Shown piece by piece: positions 1-13,900 of a stretch of 64,000 nucleotides of DNA. The translations under genes were made by a program, and so were the position numbers. The stretch is from the human T2T-CHM13v2.0 reference genome, Homo sapiens: assembly GCF_009914755.1 (NCBI RefSeq), contig NC_060937.1; one strand, written 5' to 3'. How positions within the stretch are numbered: the stretch's first letter is position 1; each line of letters begins with the position of its first letter. The notes beneath the pieces are model-generated. The model was not told the origin of the DNA and did not search any database. It worked only from the letters and a program-made list of their open reading frames with translations.

Positions 1-1155
1 TATTTTATACTGTACATGAAATATCAAAGTTCTCAAACTATATATTATATACTGCACATAAAATATCAAAGTACCCAAGGTATATATTCCATACTGTACA
101 AAAAATATCAAAGTACCCAAAGCATATTATATATGCTGTACATAAAATATGAAAGTACATCAAATATATATTTTATTCTGTACATAAAATATCAAAGTAC
201 ACCAAATATATATTCTATACTGTACATAAAATATCATGGTACCCAAACAATACATTATATACTGTACATAACATATGAAATTACATCAAATATATATTAT
301 ATTAGGTACATAAAATATGAAAGTACATCAAATATAGATTATATACTGTACATAAAATATCAAAGTACCCAAATATATATCATATACTGTACATGAAATA
401 TCAAAGTTCACAAACTATATATTATATACTGTACATAAAATATCAAAGTACCGAAAGCATGTGTTATATTCTGTACATAAAATATGAAAGTACATCAAAT
501 ATATATTTTATTCTGTATAAAAAATATCAAAGTACACCAAGTATATATTCTATAGTGTACATAAAATATCAAAGTACCCAAACTATACATTATATACTAT
601 ACATAAAATTTGAAATTACATCAAATATATATTATATTAGGCACATAAAATATGAAAGTACATCAAATATAGATTATATACTGTACATAAAATACCAAAG
701 TACCCCAAATATATATTTTACACTGTACATGAAATATCAAAGTTCACAAACTATATATTATATACTGTACATAAAATATCAAAGTACCCAATGTATATAT
801 TCTATACTGTACAAAATATATCAAAGTACCAAAAGCATGTATTATATACGGTACTTAAAATATGAAAGAACATCAAATATATATTTTATTCTGTACATAA
901 AATATCAAAGTACACCAAATATATATTCCATACTGTACATAAAAAATCAAAGTACCCAAACTATACATTATATACTGTACATAAAAGATGATATTACATC
1001 AAAAAAATATTATATTAGGTACATAAAATATGAAAGTACATCAAATATAGATTATATACTGTACATAAAATATCAAAGTACCCCAAATATATATTTTATA
1101 CAGTACATGAAATATCAAAGTTCACAAACTATATATTATATACTGTACATAAAAT
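1..1155. repeat. Dispersed duplication, copy 1 (copy 2 at about 4575-5729; offset 4574 bp)
   Basis: Shared private variants AGCATATTATAT, TCATGGT, ATAACATATG, CCGAAAGCATGTG and GATGATATTACATCAAAAAAAT. ORFs 16/4590 and 393/4967 are nearly identical. Confidence 0.9.
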
Positions 1156-2994
1156 ACCAAAGTACCAAAGGTATATATTCTATACTGTACAAAAAATATC
1201 AAAGTACCCAAAGCATGTATTATATACTGTTCATAAAATATGAAAGTACATCAAATATATATTTTATTCTGTACATAAAATATCAAAGTACACCAAATAT
1301 ATATTCTATAGTGTACATTAAATATCAAAGTACCCAAACTATACATTATATACTGTACATAAAATATGAAATTACATCAAATATATATTATATTAGGTAC
1401 ATAAAATATGAAAGTACATCAAATATAGATTATATACTGTAGATAAAATACCAAAGTACCCCAAATACATATTATATACTGTACAAGAAATATCAAAGTT
1501 CACAAACTATATATTATATACTGTACATAAAATATCAAAGTACCAAGAGTATATATTCTACACTGTACAAAAAATATCAAAGTACCCAAAGCATGTATTA
1601 TATAATGTACATAAAATATGAAAGTACATCAAATATATATTTTATTCTGTACATAAAATATCAAAGTACACCAAATATATATTCTATAGTGTACATAAAA
1701 TATCAAAGTACCCAAACTATACATTATATACTGTACATAAAATATGAAATTACATCAAATATATATTATATTAGGTACATAAAATATGAAAGTACATCAA
1801 ATATATATTATATACTCTACATAAAATACCAAAGTACCCCAAATACATATTATATACTGTACATGCAATATCAAAGTTCACACACTATATATTATATACT
1901 GTACATAAAATATCAAAGTACCGAAGCTATATATTCTATACTGTACAAAAAATATCAAAGTACCCAAAGCATGTATTATATACTGTACATAAAATATGAA
2001 AGTACATCAAATATATATTTAATTCTGTACATAAAATATCAAAGTACACCAAATATATATTCTATAGTGTACATAAAATATCAAAGTACCCAAACTATAC
2101 ATTATATACTGTACATAAAATATGAAATTACATCAAATATATATTATATTAGGTACATAAAATATGAAAGTACATCAAATATAGATTATATACTGTACAT
2201 AAAATAACAAAGTACCCCAAATACATATTATATACTGTACATGCAATATCAAAGTTCACAAACTATATATTATATACTGTACATAAAATATCAAAGTACC
2301 CAAGGTATATATTCTATACTGTACAAAAAATATCAAAGTACCCAAAGCATGTATTATATACTGTACATAAAATATGAAAGTACATCAAATATATATTTTA
2401 TTCTGTACATAAAATATCAAAGTACACCAAATATATATTCTATAGTGTACATAAAATATCAAAGTACCCAAACTATACATTATATCCTGTACATAAAATA
2501 TGAAATTACATCAAATATATATTATATTAGGTACATAAAATATGAAAGTACATCAAATATAAATTTTATACTGTACGTAAAATACCAAAGAACCCCAAAT
2601 ATATATTATATACTGTACATGAAATATCAAAGTTCACAAACTATATATTATATACTGTATATAAAATATCAAAGTACCCAAGGTATATATTCTATACTGT
2701 ACAAAAAATATCAAAGTACCCAAAACATGTATTATATACTGTTCATAAAATATGAAAGTACATCAAATATATATTTTATTCTGTACATAAAATATCAAAG
2801 TACACTAAATAGATATTCTATAGTGTACATAAAATATCAAAGTACCCAAACTATACATAATAATCTGTACATAAAACATGAAATTACATCAAATATATAC
2901 TATATTATGTACATAAAATATGAAAGTACGTCAAATATAGATTATGTACTGTACATAAAATATAAATTACCCAAATATATATTATATACTGTAC
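393..2994. repeat. Canonical 378-bp 9-monomer units (A-B-C-D-E-F-G-H-I); first unit is an 8-mer of 336 bp
   Basis: A-monomer starts (ATGAAATATCAAAGTTCAC and variants) at 393, 729, 1107, 1485, 1863, 2241, 2619 give a spacing of 336, then 378. Typical variants are TTCTATA, AGCATGTA, TAGTGTAC and ACCAAAT. Confidence 0.9.
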
Positions 2995-4966
2995 ATGAAA
3001 TATCAAAGTTCACAAACTATATATTATATACTGTACATAAAATATCAAAGTAACCAAACTATACTATATATACTGTACATAAAATATGAAATTACATCAA
3101 ATATATATTATATTAGGTACATAAAATATGAAAGTACATCAAATATAGATTTTATACTGTACATAAAATATCAAAGTACCCAAATATATATCATATACTG
3201 TACATGAAATATCAAAGTTCACAAACTATATATTATATACTGTACATAAAATATCAAAGTACACAAATTATACATTTTATACTGTACATATAATATGAAA
3301 TTACATCAAATATATATTATTTTATGTATGTAAAATATGAAAGTACATCAAATATAGATTATATACTGTACATAAAATACCAAAAAGTACCCCAAATATA
3401 TATTTTATACTGTACATGAAATATCAAAGTTCTCAAACTATATTTTATATACTGCACATAAAATATCAAAATAATCAAGGTATATATTCCATACTGTACA
3501 AAAAATATCAAAGTACCCAAAGCCTATATTATATGCTGTACATAAAATATGAAAGTAAATCAAATATATATTTTATTCTGTACATAAAATATCAAAGTAC
3601 ACCAAATATATATTCTATACTGTACATAAAATATCAAGGTACCCAAACTATACATTATATACTGTACATAAAATATGAAATTACATCAAATATATATTAT
3701 ATTAGGTACATAAAATATGAAAGTACATCAAATATAGATTATATACTGTACATAAAATATCAAACTACCCAAATAAATATCATATACTGTACATGAAATA
3801 TCAAAGTTCACAAACTATATATTATATACTGTACATAAAATATCAAAGTACCCAAACTATACATTATATACTGTACATAAAATATGAAATTACATTAAAT
3901 GTATATTATATTAAGTACATAAAATATGAAATTACATCAAATATATATTTTATTAGGTATGTAAAATATGAAAGTACATCAAATATAGATTATATACTGT
4001 ACATAAAATACCAAAGTACCCCAAATATATATTTTATACTGTACATAAAATATCAAAGTTCTCAAACTATATATTATATTCTGCACTTACAATATCAAAG
4101 TACCCAAGCTATATATTCCATAGTGTACAAAAAATATCAAAGTACCCAAAGCATATATAATATGCTGTACATAAAATATGAAAGTACATGAAATATATAT
4201 TTTATTCTGTACATAAAATATCAAAGTAAACCAAATATATATTCTATACTGTACATAAAATATCAAGGTACCCAAACTATACATTATATACTGTATATAA
4301 AATATGAAATTACATCAAATATATATTATATTAGGTACATAAAATATGAAAGTACATCAAATATAGATTATATACTGTACATAAAATATCAAAGTACGCA
4401 AATATATATCATATACTGTACATGTAATATCAAGGTACCCAAACTATACATTATATACTGTACATAAAATATGAAATTACAACAAATATATATTATATTA
4501 GGTTTGTAAAATATGAAACTACATCAAATATAGATTATATACTGTACATAAAATACCAAAGTACCCCAAATATATATTTTATACTGTACATGAAATATCA
4601 AAGTTCTCAAACTATATATTATATACTGCACATAAAATATCAAAGTACCCAAGGTATATATTCCATACTGTACAAAAAATATCAAAGTACCCAAAGCATA
4701 TTATATATGCTGTACATAAAATATGAAAGTACATCAAATATATATTTTATTCTGTACATAAAATATCAAAGTACACCAAATATATATTCTATACTGTACA
4801 TAAAATATCATGGTACCCAAAGAATACATTATATACTGTACATAACATATGAAATTACATCAAATATATATTATATTAGGTACATAAAATATGAAAGTAC
4901 ATCAAATATAGATTATATACTGTACATAAAATATCAAAGTACCCAAATATATATCATATACTGTAC
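2995..4966. repeat. Island of irregular 587-type units (5-, 5-, 9-, 6-, 9-, 4-, 9-mer blocks)
   Basis: Carries the 14-mer-domain markers TTCTCAAA, CTGCAC, TTCCATA, AAGGTACC, AGGTATGTA and the 41-bp I' monomer ending ATATCATATACTGTAC. Block starts are at 2995, 3204, 3416, 3793, 4045, 4422 and 4590. Confidence 0.8.
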
Positions 4967-7680
4967 ATGAAATATCAAAGTTCACAAACTATATATTATA
5001 TACTGTACATAAAATATCAAAGTACCGAAAGCATGTGTTATATTCTGTACATAAAATATGAAAGTACATCAAATATATATTTTATTCTGTATAAAAAATA
5101 TCAAAGTACACCAAGTATATATTCTATAGTGTACATAAAATATCAAAGTACCCAAACTATACATTATATACTATACATAAAATTTGAAATTACATCAAAT
5201 ATATATTATATTAGGCACATAAAATATGAAAGTACATCAAATATAGATTATATACTGTACATAAAATACCAAAGTACCCCAAATATATATTTTACACTGT
5301 ACATGAAATATCAAAGTTCACAAACTATATATTATATACTGTACATAAAATATCAAAGTACCCAATGTATATATTCTATACTGTACAAAATATATCAAAG
5401 TACCAAAAGCATGTATTATATACGGTACTTAAAATATGAAAGAACATCAAATATATATTTTATTCTGTACATAAAATATCAAAGTACACCAAATATATAT
5501 TCCATACTGTACATAAAAAATCAAAGTACCCAAACTATACATTATATACTGTACATAAAAGATGATATTACATCAAAAAAATATTATATTAGGTACATAA
5601 AATATGAAAGTACATCAAATATAGATTATATACTGTACATAAAATATCAAAGTACCCCAAATATATATTTTATACAGTACATGAAATATCAAAGTTCACA
5701 AACTATATATTATATACTGTACATAAAATATCAAAGTACCCAATGTATATATTCTATACTGTAAAAAATATAACAAAGTACCCAAAGCATGTATTATATA
5801 CTATACATAAAATATGAAAGTACATGAAATATATATTTCATTCTGTACATAAAATATTAAAGTACACCAAATATATATTCTATACTGTACATAAAATATC
5901 AAAGTACACAAACTATACATTATATACTGTACATAAAAGATGAAATTACATCAAAAATATATTATATTAGGTACATAAAATATGAAAGTACATCAAATAT
6001 AGATTATATACCTTACATAAAATATAAAAGTACCCCAAATATATATTATATACTGTACATGAATTATCAAAGTTCACAAACTATATATTATATACTCTAC
6101 ATAAAATATCAAAGTACCCAAGGTATATATTCTATACTGTACAAAAAATATCAAAGTACCCAAAGCATGTATTATATACTGTACATAAAATATGAAACTA
6201 CATCAAATATATATTTTATTCTGTACATAAAATATCAAAGTACACCAAATATATATTCTATAGTGTACATAAAATATCAAAGTACCCAAACTATACATTA
6301 TATACTGTACATAAAATATGAAATTACATCAAAAATATATTATATTAGGTGAGTAAAATATGAAATTACATCAAATATAGATTATATACTGTACATAAAA
6401 TATCAAAGTACCCCAAATATATATTATATACTGTACATGAAATATCAAAGTTCACGAACTATATATTATATACTGTACATAAAATATCAAAGTACCCAAG
6501 GTATATATTCTATACTGTACAAAAAATATCAAAGTACACAAAGCATGTATTATATACTGTACATAAAATATGAAAGTACATGAAATATATACTTTAATCT
6601 GTACTTAAAATATCAAAGTACACCAAATATATATTCCATACTGTACATAAAAATTCAAAGTACCCAAACTATACATTATATACTGTACATAAAAGATGAA
6701 ATTACATCAAAAATATATTATATTAGGTACATAAAATATGAAAGTACATCAAATATAGATTATATACTGTACATAAAATATCAAAGTACCCCAAATATAT
6801 ATTTTATACAGTACATGAAATATCAAAGTTCACAAACTATATATAATATTCTGTACATAAAATATCAAAGTACCCAATGTATATATTCTATACTGTACAA
6901 AAAATATCAAAGTACCCAATGCATGTATTATATACTGTACATAAAATATGAAAGTACACCAAATATATATTTTATTCTGTACATAAAATATCAAAGTGCA
7001 CCAAATATATATTCTATACTGTACATAAAATATCAAAGTACCCAAACTATACATTATATACTGTACATAAAATATGAAATTATATCAAATATATATTATA
7101 TTAGGTACATAAAATATGAAAGTACATCAAATATAGATTATATACTGTACATAAAATATCAAAGTAGCCCAAATATATATTAAATACTGTACATGAAATA
7201 TCAAAGTTGACAAACTATATATTATATACAGTACATAATATATCAATGTACCCAAGGTATATATTCTATACTGTACAAAAAATATCAAAGTACCCAAAGC
7301 ATGTATTATATACTGTACATAAAATATGAAAGTACATCAAATATATATTTTATTCGGTACATAAAATATCAAAGTACACCAAATATATATTCTATACTGT
7401 ACATAAAATATCAAAGTACCGAAACTATACATTATATACTGTACATAAAAGATGAAATTACATCAAAAATATATTATATTAGGTACATAAAACATGAAAG
7501 TACATCAAATATAGATTATATACTGTACATAAAATATCAAAGTAAACAAATATATATTATATACTGTACATGAAATATCAAAGTTCACAAACTATATATT
7601 ATATACTGTACATAATATATTAATGTACCCAAGGTATATATTCTATACTGTACAAAAAACATCAAAGTACCCAAAGCATG
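4967..7680. repeat. 378-bp 9-monomer units, diverged copies
   Basis: A-starts at 4967, 5303, 5681, 6059, 6437, 6815, 7193, 7570 (336, then 378, last 377). Recurrent local variants AAAAGATGA and TCAAAAATAT occur in monomer G. Confidence 0.85.
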
Positions 7681-7946
7681 TATTATATGCTGTACATAAA
7701 ATATGAAAGTACATCAAATATATATTTTATTCTGTATATAAAATATCAAAGTACACCAAATATATATTCTATACTGTACATAAAATATCAAGGTACCCAA
7801 ACTATACATTATATACTGTACATAAAATATGAAATTACATCAAACATATATTATATTAGGTACATAAAATTTGAAAGTACATCAAATATAGATTATATAC
7901 TGTACATAAAATATCAAAGTACCCAAATATATATCATATACTGTAC

Positions 7947-10900
7947 ATGAAATATCAAAGTTCACAAACTATATATTATATACTGTACATAAAATATCAA
8001 AGTACCCAAACTATACATTATATACTGTACATAAAATATGAAATTACATCAAATATATATTATATTAGGTATGTAAAATATGAAAGTACATCAAATATAG
8101 ATTATATACTGTACATATAAAACCAAAGTACCCCAAATATATATTTTATACTGTACATGAAATATCAAAGTTCTCAAACTATATATTATATACTGCACAT
8201 AAAATATCAAAGTACCCAAGGTATATATTCCATACTGTACAAAAAATATCAAAGTACCCAAAGCATATATTATATGCTGTACATAAAATATGAAAGTACA
8301 TCAAATATATATTTTATTCTGTACATATAATATCAATGTACACCAAATATATATTCTATACTGTACATAAAATATCAAGGTACCCAAACTATACATTATA
8401 TACTGTACATAAGATATGAAATTACATCAAATATATATTATATTAGGTACATAAAATATGAAAGTACATCAAATATAGATTCTATACTGTACATAAAATA
8501 TCAAAGTACCCAAATATATATCATATACTGTACATGAAATATCAAAGTTCACAAACTATATATTATATACTGTACATAAAATATCAAAGTACCCAAACTA
8601 TACATTATATACTGTACATAAAATATGAAATTACATCAAATATATATTATATTAGGTATGTAAAATATGAAAGTACATCAAATATAGATTATATACTGTA
8701 CATAAAATACCAAAAAGTACCCCAAATATATATTTTATACTGTACATGAAATATCAAAGTTCTCAAGCTATATATTATATACTGCACATAAAATATCAAA
8801 ATACTCAAGGTATATATTCCATACTGTACAAAAAATATCAAAGTACCCAAAGCATATATTATATGCTGTACATAAAATATGAAAGTACATCAAATATATA
8901 TTTTATTCTGTACATAAAATATCAAATTACACCAAATATATATTCTATACTGTATATAAAATATCAAGGTACCCAAACTATACATTATATACTGTACATA
9001 AAATATGAAATTACATCAAATATATATTATATTAGGTACATAAAATATGAAAGTACATCAAATATAGATTATATACTGTACATAAAATATCAAACTACCC
9101 AAATATATATCATATACTGTACATGAAATATCAAAGTTCACAAACTATATATTATATACTGTACATAAAATATCAAAGTACCAAACTATACATTATATAC
9201 TGTACATAAAAGATGAAATTACATCAAATATATATTTTATTAGGTATGTAAAATATGAAAGTACATCAAATATAGATTATATACTGCAGATAAAATACCA
9301 AAGTACCCCAAATATATATTTTATACTGTACATGAAATATCAAAGTTCTCAAACTATATATTATATACTGCACATAAAATATCAAAGTACCCAAGGTATA
9401 TATTCCATACTGTACAAAAAACATCAAAGTACAAAAGCATATATTGTATGCTGTACATAAAATATGAAAGTACATGAAATATATATTTTATTCTCTACAT
9501 AAAATATCAAAGTACACCAAATATATATTCTATACTGTACATAAAATATCAAGGTACCCAAACTATACATTATATATTGTACATAAAATATGAAATTACA
9601 TCAAATATATATTATATTAGGTACATAAAATATGAAAGTACATCAAATATAGATTATATACTGTACATAAAATATCAAAGTATCCAAATATATATCATAT
9701 ACTGTACATGAAATATCAAAGTTCACAAACTATATATTATATACTGTACATAAAATATAAAAGTACCCAAACTATACATTATATACTGTACATAAAATAT
9801 GAAATTACCTCAAATATATATTATATTAGGTATGTAAAATATGAAAGTACATCAAATATAGATTATATACTGTACATAAAATACCAAAGTACCCCAAATA
9901 TATATTTTATACTGTACATGAAATATCAAAGTTCTCAAACTATATATTATACTGCACCTAAAATATCAAAGTACCCAAGGTATATATTCCATACTGTACA
10001 AAAAATATCAAAGTACCCAAAGCATATATTATATGCTGTACATAAAATATGAAAGTACATGAAATATATATTTTATTCTCTACATAAAATATCAAAGTAC
10101 ACCAAATATACATTCTATACTGTACATAAAATATCAAGGTACCCAAACTATACATTATATACTGTACATAAAATATGAAATTACATCAAATATATATTAT
10201 ATTAGGTACATAAAATATGAAAGTACATCAAATATAGATTATAAACTGTACATAAAACATCAAAGTACCCAAATATATATCATATACTGTACCTGAAATA
10301 TCAAATTCACAAACTATATATTATATACTGTACATAAAATATCAAAATACCCAAACTATACATTATATACTGTACATAAAAGATGAAATTACATCAAATA
10401 TATATTATATTAGGTATGTAAAATATGAAAGTACATCAAGTATAGATTATATACTGTACATAAAATACCAAAGTACCCCAAATATATATTTTATACTGTA
10501 CATGAAATATCAAAGTTCTCAAACTATATATTATATACTGCACATAAAATATCAAAGTACCCAAGGTATATATTCCATACTGTACAAAAAATATCAAAGT
10601 ACCCAAAGCATATATTATATGCTGTACATAAAATATGAAAGTACATGAAATATATATTTTATTCTGTACATAAAATATCAAAGTACACCAAATATATATT
10701 CTATACTGTACATAAAATATCAAGGTACCCAAACTATACATTACATACTGTACATAAAATATGAAATTACATCAAGTATATATTATATTAGGTACATAAA
10801 ATATGAAAGTACATCAAATATAGATTCTATACTGTACATAAAATACCAAAGTACCCCAAATATATATTTTATACTCTACATGAAATATCAAAGTTCTCAA

Positions 10901-13900
10901 ACTGTATATTATATACTGCACATAAAATATCAAAGTACCCAAGGTATATATTCCATACTGTACAAAAAATATCAAAGTACCCAAAGCATATATTATATGC
11001 TGTACATAAAATATGAAAGTACATCAAATATATATGTTATTCTGTACATAAAATATCAAAGTACACCAAATATATATTCTATACTGTACATAAAATATCA
11101 AGGTACCGAAACTATACATTACATACTGTACATAAAATATGAAATTACATCAAATATATATTATATTAGGTACATAAAATATGAAAGTACATCAAATATA
11201 GATTATATACTGTACATAAAATATCAAAGTACCCAAATATATATCATATACTGTACATGAAATATCAAAGTTCACAAACTATATATTATATACTGTACAT
11301 AAAATATCAAAGTACCCAAACTATACATTATATACTGTACTTAAAATATGAAATTACATCAAATATATATTTTATTAGGTACGTAAAATATGAAAGTACA
11401 TCAAATATAGATTATATACTGTACATAAAATACCAAAGTACCCCAAATATATATTTTATACTGTACATGAAATATCAAAGTTCTCAAACTATATATTATA
11501 TACTGCACATAAAATATCAAAGTACCCAAGGTAAATATTCCATACTGTACAAAAAATATCAAAGTACCCAAAGCATATATTATATGTTGTACATAAAATA
11601 TGAAAGTACATGAAATATATATTTTATTCTGTATATAAAATATCAAAGTACACCAAATATATATTCTATACTGTACATAAAATATCAAGGTACCCAAACT
11701 ATACATTACATACTGTACATAAAATATGAAATTACATCAAATATATATTATATTAGGTACATAAAATATGAAAGTACATCAAATATAGATTCTATACTGT
11801 ACATAAAATATCAAAGTACCCAAATATATATCAGATACTGTACATGAAATATCAAAGTTCACAAACTATATATTATATACTGTACATAAAATATCAAAGT
11901 ACCCAAACTATACATTATATACTGTACATAAAATATGAAATTACATCAAATATATATTATATTAGGTATGTAAAATATGAAAGAACATCAAATATAGATT
12001 ATATACTGTACATAAAATACCAAAGTACCCCAAATATATATTTTATGCTGTACATGAAATATCAAAGTTCTCAAACTATATATTATATACTGCACATAAA
12101 ATATCAAAGTACCCAAGGTATGTATTCCATACTGTACAAAAAATATTAAAGTACCCAAAGCATACATTATATGCTGTACATAAAATATGAAAGCACATGA
12201 AATATATATTTTATTCTCTACATAAAATATCAAAGTACACCAAATATATATTCTATACTGTACATAAAATATCAAGGTACCCAAACTATACATTATATAC
12301 TGTACATAAAATATGAAATTACATCAAATATATATTATATTAGGTACATAAAATATGAAAGTACATCAAATATAGATTATATACTGTACATAAAATATCA
12401 AAGTACCCAAATATATATCATATACTGTACCTGAAATATCAAATTCACAAACTATATATTATATACTGTACATAAAATATCAAAGTACCCAAACTATACA
12501 TTATATACTGTACATAAAAGATGAAATTACATCAAATATATATTATATTAGGTATGTAAAATATGAAAGTACATCAAATATAGATTATATACTGTACATA
12601 AAATACCAAAGTACCCCAAATATGTATTTTATACTGTACATGAAATATCAAAGTTCTCAAACTATATATTATATACTGCACATAAAATATCAAAGTACCC
12701 AAGGTATATATTCCATACTGTACAAAAAATATCAAAGTACCCAAAGCATATATTATATGCTGTAAATAAAATATGAAAGTACATCAAATATATATTTTAT
12801 TCTGTACATAAAATATCAAAGTACACCAAATATATATTCTATACTGTACATAAAATATCAAGGTACCCAAACTATACATTACATACTGTACATAAAATAT
12901 GAAATTACATCAAATATATATTATATTAGGTACATAAAATATGAAAGTACATCAAATATAGATTATATACTGTACATAAAATATCAAAGTACCCAAATAT
13001 ATATCATATACTGTACATGAAATATCAAAGTACACAAACTATATATTATATACTGTACATAAAATATCAAAGTACCCAAACTATACATTATATACTGTAC
13101 ATAAAATATGAAATTATATCAAATATATATTATATTAGGTATGTAAAATATGAAAATACATCAAATATAGATTATATACTGTACATAAAATACCAAAGTA
13201 CCCCAAATATATATTTTATACTGTACATGAAATATCAAAGTTCTCAAACTATATATTATATACTGCACATGAAATATCAAAGTACCCAAGGTATATATTC
13301 CATACTGTACAAAAAATATCAAAGTACCCAAAGCATATATTATATGCTGTACATAAAATATGAAAGTACATCAAATATATATGTTATTCTGTACATAAAA
13401 TATCAAAGTACACCAAATATATATTCTATACTGTACATAAAATATCAAGGTACCCAAACTATACATTACATACTGTACATAAAATATGAAATTACATCAA
13501 ATATATATTATATTAGGTACATAAAATATGAAAGTACATCAAATATAGTTTCTATACTGTACATAAAATATCAAAGTACCCAAATATATATCATATACTG
13601 TACATGAAATATCAAAGTTCACAAACTATATATTATATACTGTACATAAAATATCAAAGTACCCAAACTATACATTATATACTGTACTTAAAATATGAAA
13701 TTACATCAAATATATATTTTATTAGGTACGTAAAATATGAAAGTACATCAAATATAGATTATATACTGTACATAAAATACCAAAGTACCCCAAATATATA
13801 TTTTATACTGTACATGAAATATCAAAGTTCTCAAACTATATATTATATACTGCACATAAAATATCAAAGTACCCAAGGTAAATATTCCATACTGTACAAA

